Shown: positions 30,701 to 40,467 of the stretch, in pieces | How positions within the stretch are numbered: position 1 is the first letter of the stretch | Layout: each line of letters opens with the position of its first letter | NCBI GenBank assembly: GCA_051874735.1 | Contig: JBJEGD010000042.1 | Location: forward strand, 22,003-86,002 | Direction of reading: 5' to 3' | Length of the DNA stretch: 64,000 nt | Origin: Candidatus Bruticola sp. | Lineage (GTDB): Bacteria; Vulcanimicrobiota; Xenobia; Xenobiales; Xenobiaceae | The notes under the pieces: model-generated | The model's database searches: none | What the model was told of the DNA's origin: nothing | Seen by the model: only the letters and a program-made list of their open reading frames with translations | Program-made: the position numbers and the translations under genes

Positions 30701-31319
30701 GAGCGTCGTTTGTAGCCACCACTTTCAAGCCATGCTCTCGAGCCAATTTTATAAGCAGTGGATTAGTCTTTTGCTGCTCTTCCAAGCCATGGTTCATCAG
30801 TTCCACAAAGAGATCGTCTGAACCAAAACATTTTTTCAAAAAGGCCAGACGCTGACTAGCTAATTCATAATTATCATTTAAAAGAGCGTCGTTAACTTCG
30901 CCGCGCAAACATCCGGTCAAAGCCACTAAGCCCTTGGCGTGCTTTTCCAAAAGTTCATGATCAGCACGCGGTTTATAGTAAAAACCATGCAGATAGGCTT
31001 CAGACACTATCTGACACAAATTAGAGTATCCTTCGCGATCCTTAGCTATTAAAGTTAAATGAAAGTAGTGCTTATCTAAGTCGACTTCACGATCAAACCG
31101 CGTGCGGGGAGCTACATATATTTCGCAGCCTATAAGGGGCTTAATGCCAGCATTTACACAAGCATGATAAAATTTTACACACCCTCCCATAACACCATGA
31201 TCGGTAATAGCCAGGGCCGGCATGCCGCAACTTTTAGCTTTACTTACAATATCGCTAATGCGGTTAGCCCCATCCAGCAAGCTATACTCGGTGTGAACAT
31301 GTAAATGAACAAACGACAT
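27765..31319 (-). CDS. dnaE: DNA polymerase III alpha subunit
   Basis: PHP domain [53 protein letters not shown]. Confidence 0.98.
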   Translation of the reverse strand: [1184 protein letters not shown]

Positions 31320-31377
31320 AACAGAAATAGGCTCCCCTTATTTGTAAATCAAGAAAAAATTCTTATGCAGATTAAAT

Positions 31378-31944
31378 TTAAATGCAGATACAGTTGTTCA
31401 GCAATTTTATAATCTCAGAGAGAGTAACCCCTACAGAAATATCCCCGTTTATATGATGGAAACAAAAATTGTCATTTATAGCTGCCACTTTAGGGCGCGG
31501 CTGAAACTGCCAGACTCGATGCAGATACTGTTCCAACAAGGAATCTCCAGGAACTGTAACAGCAATTAAAACCTCAGCGGCAGCCATTCCCTGCAATTCA
31601 ACCTCTCGAAAACACCATTTCCAGGACACAGGGTCAAATTGAGTAATTTCTAACAAATAAGCAGTTAACGAACTCATCAGCTGACCGCTGACAAAATTAA
31701 TAGTAATTTTTTGTTTGCGGGCCCAATCGAGACACGACCAAACTGAGAGCAACGATACCAGGGCATTGTCATTCATACGCCAGAACTCCATTTCTAAATT
31801 AAGACGTTCTGCATAGACTTTATCAAGACGAGATTTATTAAAACGCTGAATTATGCCACCCCGACAGAGCTTATCAAGAAACTGCAGATTTGATTTTCCG
31901 TCAGGTGCTGTAAAAAGCAGCGGTTCGTTCTCAGTTATATGCAT
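31378..31944 (-). CDS. Degenerate DnaE palm-region paralog (no catalytic aspartates)
   Basis: Aligns by eye to approximately residues 280-430 of the neighbouring DnaE; GGGGAG RBS before ATG 31944. Confidence 0.65.
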   Translation of the reverse strand: MHITENEPLLFTAPDGKSNLQFLDKLCRGGIIQRFNKSRLDKVYAERLNLEMEFWRMNDNALVSLLSVWSCLDWARKQKITINFVSGQLMSSLTAYLLEITQFDPVSWKWCFREVELQGMAAAEVLIAVTVPGDSLLEQYLHRVWQFQPRPKVAAINDNFCFHHINGDISVGVTLSEIIKLLNNCICI

Positions 31945-31972
31945 TTTCTCTCCCCAGGCCGAACGCAATAGC

Positions 31973-33094
31973 TTAGCCAATAATCATATTGTCGCAGTGC
32001 ACCACATCAGCATAGGCAGGATGGCCTAAAATAGACGCAGCTTCAGAATTGGGCCGCCCAGCGATTAAATTCAACTCACCGCTGCTGTAATTACTCAGTC
32101 CGCGAGCGAAAGGAACTCCTTCCCGCCCCTGCACAACAATAGTAACTAAATCACCCGCTTGAAAATGACCGCTGCAGCCTATACACCCCACAGCTAACAA
32201 GCTGCTGCCTCCACCAGCCAGTGCTTCTGCCGCTCCTTTATCGATAATTACAGTGCCTTCCGAACGGGCAGCTTCTGCTAGCCAACGCTGCCTACTGTTG
32301 AGACGATTTTCCGCACCTTCAAAAAGAGTACCTAAAGACTCTCCAGAGGCCAAACGCAATAATACGTTTTCTTCACTCGCTGAAGCTATGACCATGGCCC
32401 CACCGTAGCGCATCACCATTTTAGCGGCTCTCAGCTTAGAAGCTAAGCCACCAGTGCCTCCCTTTGTAGTTGTACCGCGATCGAGACTCTCAATTTCTGG
32501 AGTAATTTCGCTAATATGCTCAATCACGTGTTCCTCCGCCCCTACTCCAGCCAAAATGCCAGGTACCGAAGTTAAATTCACCACGACGTCGGAATTTACT
32601 ATTGAGCCTACCATAGCCGCTAAGCTATCATTATCGCCGAAACGTATTTCTCCAGTTGATACTGAATCGTTTTCATTAATAATTGGCAGAATGCCGTAAT
32701 CTAGAAGCGCATTTAAAGCGTTGCGAGCGTTCAAATAACGATCGCGGGCGGCGATATCATCACGAGTTAGTAGCACTTGCCCGACTTTTATGCCTAACAT
32801 AGCAAAAAGATTTTTATAACTGTTCATAATTTCTACTTGCCCCATAGCTGCTAAGGCCTGCTTTAAGGGCAAATTTTCGCCACATCCCTCAAGCCGCATA
32901 AGCTCACGCCCCATGCCGATGGCCCCAGAGCTTACCAAACAAATTTTACTCCCTTGCTCACGCAGTTTCTGAATTTGAGTGGCTAAACCAAGCATAATTT
33001 TGCCGTTTAAACGACCGTAACCATCAACACAAACTCTGGTTCCTACTTTGATAATCCAAATTTTAGCATTTCTAAGTGTATCTCGCATAAGCAA
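31973..33094 (-). CDS. proB: Glutamate 5-kinase with PUA domain
   Basis: IIKVGT, LVSSGAI, PIINENDSV, FGDNDSL, GTGGLASKL, C-terminal PUA domain. Confidence 0.96.
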   Translation of the reverse strand: MLMRDTLRNAKIWIIKVGTRVCVDGYGRLNGKIMLGLATQIQKLREQGSKICLVSSGAIGMGRELMRLEGCGENLPLKQALAAMGQVEIMNSYKNLFAMLGIKVGQVLLTRDDIAARDRYLNARNALNALLDYGILPIINENDSVSTGEIRFGDNDSLAAMVGSIVNSDVVVNLTSVPGILAGVGAEEHVIEHISEITPEIESLDRGTTTKGGTGGLASKLRAAKMVMRYGGAMVIASASEENVLLRLASGESLGTLFEGAENRLNSRQRWLAEAARSEGTVIIDKGAAEALAGGGSSLLAVGCIGCSGHFQAGDLVTIVVQGREGVPFARGLSNYSSGELNLIAGRPNSEAASILGHPAYADVVHCDNMIIG

Positions 33095-33203
33095 ACTCTT
33101 ACCTCATCAGCGGGGAAAATAAAGAAAGCCTCCTTACTTATTAGCAGGAGGCCGCTCCTAAACATTATTAGTTATATAAATTTACGCAGAAGAAAATAAG
33201 CAA

Positions 33204-34838
33204 CTATTTTTTTTCTGCAGAATCTGTTTTGTTATCGGCCTTACTCAAAGACTGCAGCAACTCGCCAGCCTCAGGCATCCCCATCAAAGCTGCTTCACTC
33301 AGAAGCTGCCGACCCCGCTCCTGATTTACTTCCACTCCCCGGCCTTCTAAATAACATGTGGCTAAAGCAAAAAGAGCCGGCGGATATTTCATTTGGGCAG
33401 CCTTGGAAAGCCAATGGACTTCCTGCTCCACATTTTGCTGCACTCCTTTTCCATCGCGGTAGCAGGCTGCCAGAATAAAAGCGGCCATTTCTGAGCCATG
33501 TTCTGCAGCTTCACTTAACCAACGAACTCCTTCTGCCTCGTTTTTAGGAACGCCATCGCCCCCTAAATAACATATACCGAGCCTATACTGAGCCAAAGTG
33601 ACCCCAGACTTAGCTGCTAAGGTATAGTAATGAACGGCCTGCTGAACATTTTTTTCTACTCCCTCGCCGTTGTGATAGCACTGAGCCAGATTGAACTGGG
33701 CTCCAGAATATCCGCTGTCTGCAGCCAATTTGTAGTAACGAACCGCTTTTTGCAAATCGCGTTTTACACCAATACCACGATGATAATAGGTGCCAACCGT
33801 ACTACAGGCAGCAGCGTTTCCGTTTTGAGCACAGCGCAGATAATAATTCAAAGCTTTATTATAATCTTGAGGCACTCCGCTGCCGCGTTCGTAGCAATCG
33901 GCTAAGAAATAAGCGGCCTTGTTGTCCCCCTGGTCAGCAGCCTTTAAAAACCACTTAGCCGATTCGTTGGGATCAGCCCCCACTCCATACCCCCGCCGAT
34001 AATAAATGCCTAAATTAGTCTGAGCTTTATCGTAACCTTGCTCAGCGGCTTGCAGCAAATACTTAAATGATTCAGAAGGGGAAGCTTTTACTCCGGTGCC
34101 GTTAGCTAAACAGACAGAATATTCATACTGAGCTTCAGCTAATCCCATATGCGCAGCTTTGGCATACAGTTCTGCTGCCTGAGCATGTTGCCCCGATTCA
34201 GTCAAGTTTACAGCTTTAACAAAGATATCATAACCAGGCTGAGCCGTGATATCACGCTTGTTATTTCGATCTGAACTAGCTGCAGATGAAGACATTTTTC
34301 CTGCCTCCTCAGCTTCTTTACTGGAAGCAATTTGACTCCTGGCCCCCTGACTGAGAGCAGAAACAGCCGGATTATCTTTGCCCATAACTTTGGGTGGACC
34401 GGCTGGACGAGCTGCGGGATAATCGGCAGCTTTAAAAGCAGATTTTCTGATAGATTTAGACGAAGCGTTGGAGTTTAATTTTTCGGATGGAGCTTTAGAG
34501 ACAGGTGCAGTCGCAACAGCACTGCGGGATAAAGTTTGCTTCTGGCCTACTTGAGAAGCAGCACTAATTTGACTATCAGCCTTAGAAGAAGGATTTTTTA
34601 CAGAGGAAAACGACTCCGTAACCGGAGCGGGCTCATCTTTTCCAGTTGAAACTTTAGCACCAGTCTTTTTAGTACTAGAGGTTGTCTTCTGCTGGGGAGA
34701 TGAAGAGACAACCTGCCGACCAACAGGGGCATTTCCAAGTTCCGTCTGCCTATCCGGCTGTTTAGTACAGGCGCACATAGAAAACACGAACGTGCTGCAT
34801 CCCAGAAGCACTACCAATCTACGCCAATTGAGCGCCAT
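33204..34838 (-). CDS. Sel1-repeat lipoprotein
   Basis: Lipobox-like MCAC, Ser/Lys-rich linker, about 9 repeats of AQ..LG..Y..G.GV..D...A..W...AA..G. Confidence 0.9.
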   Translation of the reverse strand: MALNWRRLVVLLGCSTFVFSMCACTKQPDRQTELGNAPVGRQVVSSSPQQKTTSSTKKTGAKVSTGKDEPAPVTESFSSVKNPSSKADSQISAASQVGQKQTLSRSAVATAPVSKAPSEKLNSNASSKSIRKSAFKAADYPAARPAGPPKVMGKDNPAVSALSQGARSQIASSKEAEEAGKMSSSAASSDRNNKRDITAQPGYDIFVKAVNLTESGQHAQAAELYAKAAHMGLAEAQYEYSVCLANGTGVKASPSESFKYLLQAAEQGYDKAQTNLGIYYRRGYGVGADPNESAKWFLKAADQGDNKAAYFLADCYERGSGVPQDYNKALNYYLRCAQNGNAAACSTVGTYYHRGIGVKRDLQKAVRYYKLAADSGYSGAQFNLAQCYHNGEGVEKNVQQAVHYYTLAAKSGVTLAQYRLGICYLGGDGVPKNEAEGVRWLSEAAEHGSEMAAFILAACYRDGKGVQQNVEQEVHWLSKAAQMKYPPALFALATCYLEGRGVEVNQERGRQLLSEAALMGMPEAGELLQSLSKADNKTDSAEKK

Positions 34839-34948
34839 AAACATTCCTCCCAAAAAAAACCAACCCAATTCAATGAGAACCGCAAAGAACTTTTATCAGT
34901 TCTTAGGCAGCTCCTGCCAAATATTACATAGCGACTAGGACAAAATCT

Positions 34949-36172
34949 TCAAGATAAAACCTGCTTATTTTCTGCCAATTCAACAGCAGCCGTAAACAGT
35001 ACATCAGTAGAAGAATTCAAGGCCGTTTCGCAAGAATCTTGGATTACACCTATAACAAAACCTATGCCAACTACTTGCATCGCTATATCGCTGGGAATAC
35101 CGAACAACTCACAAGCTAAGGGAATAAGCAACAGAGAGCCGCCAGCAACTCCTGAAGTGCCGCAGGCACTGATCGCAGCTGTAATACAAAGCAGCAAAGC
35201 AGTAATAAAATTGATCTGAATATCGAAAGTATTAGCCGCTGCCAGAGTCAGAATAGATATAGTACAGGCGGCTCCTCCCATATTTATAGTAGCACCTAAA
35301 GGTATAGAAACAGAATAAGTGCTTTTATCCAACTTAAGTTCTTCGCATATGCTCATATTGACAGGGATATTAGCTGCCGAACTGCGCGTAAAAAAAGCTG
35401 GAATGCCGCTATCACGCAAACATTTGAAAACTAAAGGATAAGGATTATGGTGAAGTTTGCACCATACAATAAACGGGTTGACAATTAAAGCTATGACAAT
35501 CATGGAGCCAACTAAAACTAAAATCAGCTTACCATAAACAGTTAAAGCCTCTAAACCACATTCGGAAATGGCTTTAAAAACTAATCCCATAATTCCCAAA
35601 GGGGCACAGCTAATTACATAAGTTATAATCTTAGTAAGAGCCTCAGCCAGTTCAGATAAAAATAACTTCGATGTGTCAGACGCTGAGCGCATCACTAAAC
35701 CAAGAGCTACAGCCCAGACAAGTATCCCCATATAGTTGGCTGAACTGACGGCAGCGACTGGATTATCTACAAGACTTACAATCATATGACCCAGCACGTC
35801 CGATAAGCTGGTAGGGCGAAGACTCTCACTTTCAAAGCCAGTTCCCAAAACTAAAGTAGGATGAAAAATAAAGTTCATGCCAACAGAAACGGCTCCAGCC
35901 AGCAGCATACCGATAACATACAAAACAACTATTTTACCAATATTGCTCTTTGATTCCTGACTATGTTGGGCTAACGAAGAAGATACCAGAACAAATACTA
36001 AAATAGGAGCAATAGCTTTCAAGGCTCCTATGAAAAGTTGCCCTAAAATCGATAATAAAGTTAGCTGAGGAAAAACTAGAGCCAAAATAATTCCCAAGAT
36101 TAATCCGATAATTATTTTCGTTATAAAACTCAGCTGAATCAGTCTACTAAAGATAGACTTCATAATTTGCAT
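34949..36172 (-). CDS. sstT: Serine/threonine transporter SstT (DAACS family)
   Basis: AFFTRSSAANIPVN, SIPLGATINMGGAA, GTSGVAGGSLLLIPLAC, QDSCETALNSSTD. Confidence 0.93.
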   Translation of the reverse strand: MQIMKSIFSRLIQLSFITKIIIGLILGIILALVFPQLTLLSILGQLFIGALKAIAPILVFVLVSSSLAQHSQESKSNIGKIVVLYVIGMLLAGAVSVGMNFIFHPTLVLGTGFESESLRPTSLSDVLGHMIVSLVDNPVAAVSSANYMGILVWAVALGLVMRSASDTSKLFLSELAEALTKIITYVISCAPLGIMGLVFKAISECGLEALTVYGKLILVLVGSMIVIALIVNPFIVWCKLHHNPYPLVFKCLRDSGIPAFFTRSSAANIPVNMSICEELKLDKSTYSVSIPLGATINMGGAACTISILTLAAANTFDIQINFITALLLCITAAISACGTSGVAGGSLLLIPLACELFGIPSDIAMQVVGIGFVIGVIQDSCETALNSSTDVLFTAAVELAENKQVLS

Positions 36173-36382
36173 ATTACAAGACTCCCCTTCCGCGCAGTAA
36201 TACTTCAAAGAAATTATCCTTTAAGAAGCTGCCGCCTGCCTGAAAGCGAAGTTTTTGACTCATTTATTTCCAACGGTTCTTCTAAAATATATTAAAAAAG
36301 GTTTTTTTAAGGTGAATTTGAATAAAAAGACCGGTGCGGTGTCTGGCCATATCCTGCCATTTCTGCAAGCTGAGGGCAAACT

Positions 36383-37168
36383 ATGAGTACAACTATTTTA
36401 GGAAAATTACTTAAGAAACTCCGCGTAGAACACAGCGAAACTATTAACGATATGGCCAAAAAACTAGAAATTACTCCTTCCTATCTATCCTCTATAGGCG
36501 TAGGCAAGCGTTCTTTGCCAGCCAAGCAGCTAGAAATGATAAAAAAGCACTACCACCCTAGCCGCAAACTGATGCGTCAAATTTTCTGGGCAGCTGAGTT
36601 TTCCAAATTAGGCGTCAAGGTTAATTACGCTAAGCTAAATGAGCCCCAGCGTCAGTTGACGGCCGTATTCGCCCGCAACATAGCGAAACTAGACGCAGAA
36701 GCCATTGCCAAGTGCTATCAAGCTCTTAATATCCCCCATCAGGAACTGAGGGGCTGGTGTGCTTTATTTAAGCAGAATCAGTGCTCATACAAACCTTTTC
36801 AACATATTCTCGAGTATATCCAGAGCGAACAGCATCATGACAAAACTTTACAGCTCCTTCTGCATAAATCTGGCCTGGATTCTTCAGCTTCTGCCAAATC
36901 TAAGCTCAATGCTCTGCAAGAGCAGCTGAGAATTCTTCAAGAATCACTGCCCTCTAACGAAGCAAATTTACAGAATTTAGCTTTCAGCCTGAAAAATTCC
37001 CTGCAACAGTTAAGCATAGAGATCACAGCTTTAGCCGCCCTGCTCAACCGTGAAAATGAAACTAATAATTTATCCCTAAAAACTGATCCAGCTTCAGCAA
37101 ACAGCGAGGCTGAAGATCCAGAAGATATGTACGATACCGGTCCAGGACAGGAATTGCTAGATTTTTAA
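36383..37168 (+). CDS. XRE-family HTH regulator with C-terminal coiled coil
   Basis: LGKLLKKLRVEHSETINDMAKKLEITPSYLSSIGVGKRSLP. Confidence 0.8.
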   Translation: MSTTILGKLLKKLRVEHSETINDMAKKLEITPSYLSSIGVGKRSLPAKQLEMIKKHYHPSRKLMRQIFWAAEFSKLGVKVNYAKLNEPQRQLTAVFARNIAKLDAEAIAKCYQALNIPHQELRGWCALFKQNQCSYKPFQHILEYIQSEQHHDKTLQLLLHKSGLDSSASAKSKLNALQEQLRILQESLPSNEANLQNLAFSLKNSLQQLSIEITALAALLNRENETNNLSLKTDPASANSEAEDPEDMYDTGPGQELLDF

Positions 37169-37248
37169 ACTGACCGAAATTATTATCCGTTTGTCCCTTC
37201 TATTTGACGATTAACATATACAATACAGATGTTATTAAAAAAACATAA

Positions 37249-37289
37249 AAGAAGCCCCGATTGGCGTTTGCCAATCGGGGCTTCTCTTT
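37249..37289. terminator. Bidirectional terminator
   Basis: AAGAAGCCCCGATTGGC-GTTT-GCCAATCGGGGCTTCTCTTT. Confidence 0.85.
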
Positions 37290-37358
37290 GCTTTTATCAA
37301 ACAACTCTGCCCGTCAGAGACTAGGCAGAGCGAAAGCAATCGTTATCAGGTCAAAGCA

Positions 37359-40268
37359 CTAACGGATGTCAGCAGCAGCTCCCTGACCATTGCGCTTCTC
37401 ACGCACAGCAGCCTGAGCAGCGGCCAAACGGGCGATAGGCACACGGTAAGGAGAGCAAGACACATAAGTGAGGCCTATTTCATGGCAGAAAGCTACCGAA
37501 GAGGGCTCACCGCCATGTTCGCCGCAGATACCGATTTCCATATCTTCACCGCGAGTAGCGCGTCCTTCTTTGACAGCCAGCTTCATTAAGCGGCCCACAC
37601 CTACCTGATCCAGTACCTGGAAAGGATCAGCTTTCAAGATATGCTGATCTAAGTAAATAGGCACGAAGGTCTTGGCTGCGTCGTCACGAGAGTAGCCGAA
37701 AGTGGTCTGAGAGAGGTCGTTAGTACCGAAACTGAAGAATTCAGCTTCAGTAGCGATGTCGCCGGCAGTCAAAGCAGCTCTGGGAATCTCAACCATGGTA
37801 CCGACCTTATACTTAACGGTTACACCCATTTCGGCCATAACCTTTTCAGCCATCTCAGTAACCATACGGCGGTTCCAGCGCATCTCCTCAACGGTACCTA
37901 CACCGGGGATCATAATTTCGGGCTTAGCATCGATGCCCTCTTTAACCAAACCGCAAGCAGCTTCCATAATACCACGGACCTGCATTTTGACGATTTCAGG
38001 GAAAACGATACCTAAACGGCAGACGCGCAGACCGAGCATGGGGTTGCACTCGCTCATCTTCTCCACACGGCCCAACAAGCTGACTAAGCTCTCCAAGGTC
38101 ACATCGGCGCCGCGCTTGCTGCGAATTTCACTCAAAGCAGCCTCATAAGCCTCAGTGCTAACCTCTTTAAGAGTTCTGAGACGAACTACATCTTCGAAAA
38201 GAGGACCATGCTTAGGAAGGAACTCATGTAAAGGCGGGTCAATCAGACGAATAATTGTCCAGCAGCCCTTCATAGCTTCCAAAATACCGCGGAAGTCGCC
38301 GCGCTGGAACTCAAGCAACTTGCCTAAAAGTTCCTGATAGCGATTCCAAACAGGCATGTGCTCTTTATCGAACTCAACCAGTTTAGCTTCCAAAGCTTCT
38401 TTGTGGCGTCCGTTAGCCTCAGCCAGCTCTTTTACAATGCTCTGTCTGGCACGATTGCCATTTTCAGCCTCACCAGCGATCAGGATCATATCCTGCACGT
38501 AAGGCAAGCGCTCAGTTTCCATGAACATGTGCTCCGTACGGCACAGACCGATACCGGCAGCACCGAAAGCTCTAGCTCTAGCGGCGTCTTTGGGATTGTC
38601 AGCGTTGGCATAAACTCTCAAACGCTTAACTTCATCGGCCCATCCTAAAAGTTCTTTAGTTTCAGGAGTGAGATCTTTGGGCTCTTCCAGAGGAAGTTCG
38701 CCGAGCATAACTTCACCGGTAGAACCATCAATAGTGAGGAAGTCGCCATCTTTGAAAGACTTGTTACCTACGGTAACAGTCTTGTTCTCAATGTCGATGT
38801 GCAAAGCTTCGCAGCCTACCACGCAAGGGATCCCCCAGCCACGGGCGACCAAAGCAGCGTGAGATGAAGGTCCGCCGGTAGAAGTCAGGATACCTTTAGC
38901 CACCAACATACCAGCGGCATCTTCGGGAGTAGTATCTATACGAACCAAAATGACGGGAGTCTCACCATGGAGGCGTACAGCTTCGTTCTTGTCGAATACT
39001 ACGCGTCCGCAAGCAGCACCGGGAGAAGCAGCAGTACCTTTGGCCAACATGCTACCATCAGCTTTAGCCTGCTTCTTAACCTTATCGGGTATGAAGGGGT
39101 GAAGCAAACGATCGAGCTGATCGGGAGCTACACGCATAACGGCCTCTTCTTTGGTTATAAGACCTTCGTGAACCATATCGACAGCGATCTTGACAGCAGC
39201 GGCAGCAGTTCTCTTACCATTGCGGGTCTGCAGCATGAACAGACGGCCCTTTTCAATAGTGAACTCCATGTCCTGAAGATCTTTATAATGAAGCTCTAAG
39301 TTGCTGGCGATGTCGGAAAGAGCTTTGTAACTTTCCGGCATAATTCTCTTGAGCTCGTCGATAGGAGAAACTTTGCGGATACCGGCTACGACGTCTTCGC
39401 CCTGAGCGTTCAAAAGGAAGTCGCCGACCAAGCCCTTAGTACCATCGTTGTAGTCGCGGCTGAAGGCTACGCCCGTACCAGAATTCTCACCCATGTTACC
39501 GAAGCACATAGCCTGAACGTTTACTGCAGTACCAAGGTTGTGAGGGATCTTCTCGTGGTTACGGTAAATAATAGCGCGCTCGTTCATCCAGGAACGGAAT
39601 ACTGCCAGAACGGCCTCTTTGAGCTGCTGATGGACGTCTTGAGGGAAATCAAAACCTTTTTCATCTTTGAAGAGCTTTTTATAGAGCTCGACAACTTCTT
39701 TCAAAGCTTCAGCAGAAAGCTTGGAGTCTTCTTTGACGCCTTCGGCATCTTTTTTAGCGCGCAGAATTTTTTCAAATTCGGACTTAGGGAGCTCCATAAC
39801 GACATCGGAGAACATCATAATGAAGCGGCGGTAAGCGTCATAAGCAAAACGCTCATCGTTGGATTGCTCAGCCAGACCTTTGACAGTTTCATCATTAAGA
39901 CCGAGGTTGAGGATGGTGTCCATCATACCAGGCATAGAGAATTTAGCACCGGAACGAACCGAAACTAAGAGAGGATTCTTCGGGCAGCCGAAGCCCTTGT
40001 CCATCTTCTTAGCCAAAACAGCCATCTGCTCTTCAATTTCTTCATCGAGGCCGGGAGGCATAATTTTGCCCAGCTCATAATACATATTGCAGACTTCAGT
40101 CGTTACAGTAAAGCCGGGAGGTACGGGGATTCCCATACGAGTCATCTCAGCTAAGTTGGCGCCTTTGCCGCCCAAGATAGCGCGCATTTCGGCGTTACCT
40201 TCTTCAAATTGGTAAGTAGCTTTCTCATTGGTCAGCTTTTTACGCCAACTCTCACAACTACACGTCAT
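37359..40268 (-). CDS. ppdK: Pyruvate, phosphate dikinase
   Basis: LGGKGANLAEM, SVRSGAKFSMPGMMDT, GGPSSHAA phospho-His, GIGLCRTEHMF, FFSFGTNDL, GICGEHGG. Confidence 0.98.
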   Translation of the reverse strand: MTCSCESWRKKLTNEKATYQFEEGNAEMRAILGGKGANLAEMTRMGIPVPPGFTVTTEVCNMYYELGKIMPPGLDEEIEEQMAVLAKKMDKGFGCPKNPLLVSVRSGAKFSMPGMMDTILNLGLNDETVKGLAEQSNDERFAYDAYRRFIMMFSDVVMELPKSEFEKILRAKKDAEGVKEDSKLSAEALKEVVELYKKLFKDEKGFDFPQDVHQQLKEAVLAVFRSWMNERAIIYRNHEKIPHNLGTAVNVQAMCFGNMGENSGTGVAFSRDYNDGTKGLVGDFLLNAQGEDVVAGIRKVSPIDELKRIMPESYKALSDIASNLELHYKDLQDMEFTIEKGRLFMLQTRNGKRTAAAAVKIAVDMVHEGLITKEEAVMRVAPDQLDRLLHPFIPDKVKKQAKADGSMLAKGTAASPGAACGRVVFDKNEAVRLHGETPVILVRIDTTPEDAAGMLVAKGILTSTGGPSSHAALVARGWGIPCVVGCEALHIDIENKTVTVGNKSFKDGDFLTIDGSTGEVMLGELPLEEPKDLTPETKELLGWADEVKRLRVYANADNPKDAARARAFGAAGIGLCRTEHMFMETERLPYVQDMILIAGEAENGNRARQSIVKELAEANGRHKEALEAKLVEFDKEHMPVWNRYQELLGKLLEFQRGDFRGILEAMKGCWTIIRLIDPPLHEFLPKHGPLFEDVVRLRTLKEVSTEAYEAALSEIRSKRGADVTLESLVSLLGRVEKMSECNPMLGLRVCRLGIVFPEIVKMQVRGIMEAACGLVKEGIDAKPEIMIPGVGTVEEMRWNRRMVTEMAEKVMAEMGVTVKYKVGTMVEIPRAALTAGDIATEAEFFSFGTNDLSQTTFGYSRDDAAKTFVPIYLDQHILKADPFQVLDQVGVGRLMKLAVKEGRATRGEDMEIGICGEHGGEPSSVAFCHEIGLTYVSCSPYRVPIARLAAAQAAVREKRNGQGAAADIR

Positions 40269-40467
40269 TTATTGCCATTCCCTTCCAACGCCGCAGCAGA
40301 CAAATTTCCCGCTGCATGCGGTTTATGATTTTATTAATAAGCTTCGGCTTCCATCTCTGAAAGCTCACTAATTCTTAACAAAACTAAAGCCAAGCCGTCG
40401 TAAGCAACGCCCAAACAGCCCGCTCGCATGTGTTTTTTATCTATATAAAAAAGTTTATTTCCACTAG

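Noticed and set aside
36383-37168. XRE regulator as a prophage/ICE repressor or antitoxin
   Set aside because: No adjacent ImmA/IrrE peptidase, toxin, integrase or phage genes; the flanks are housekeeping.
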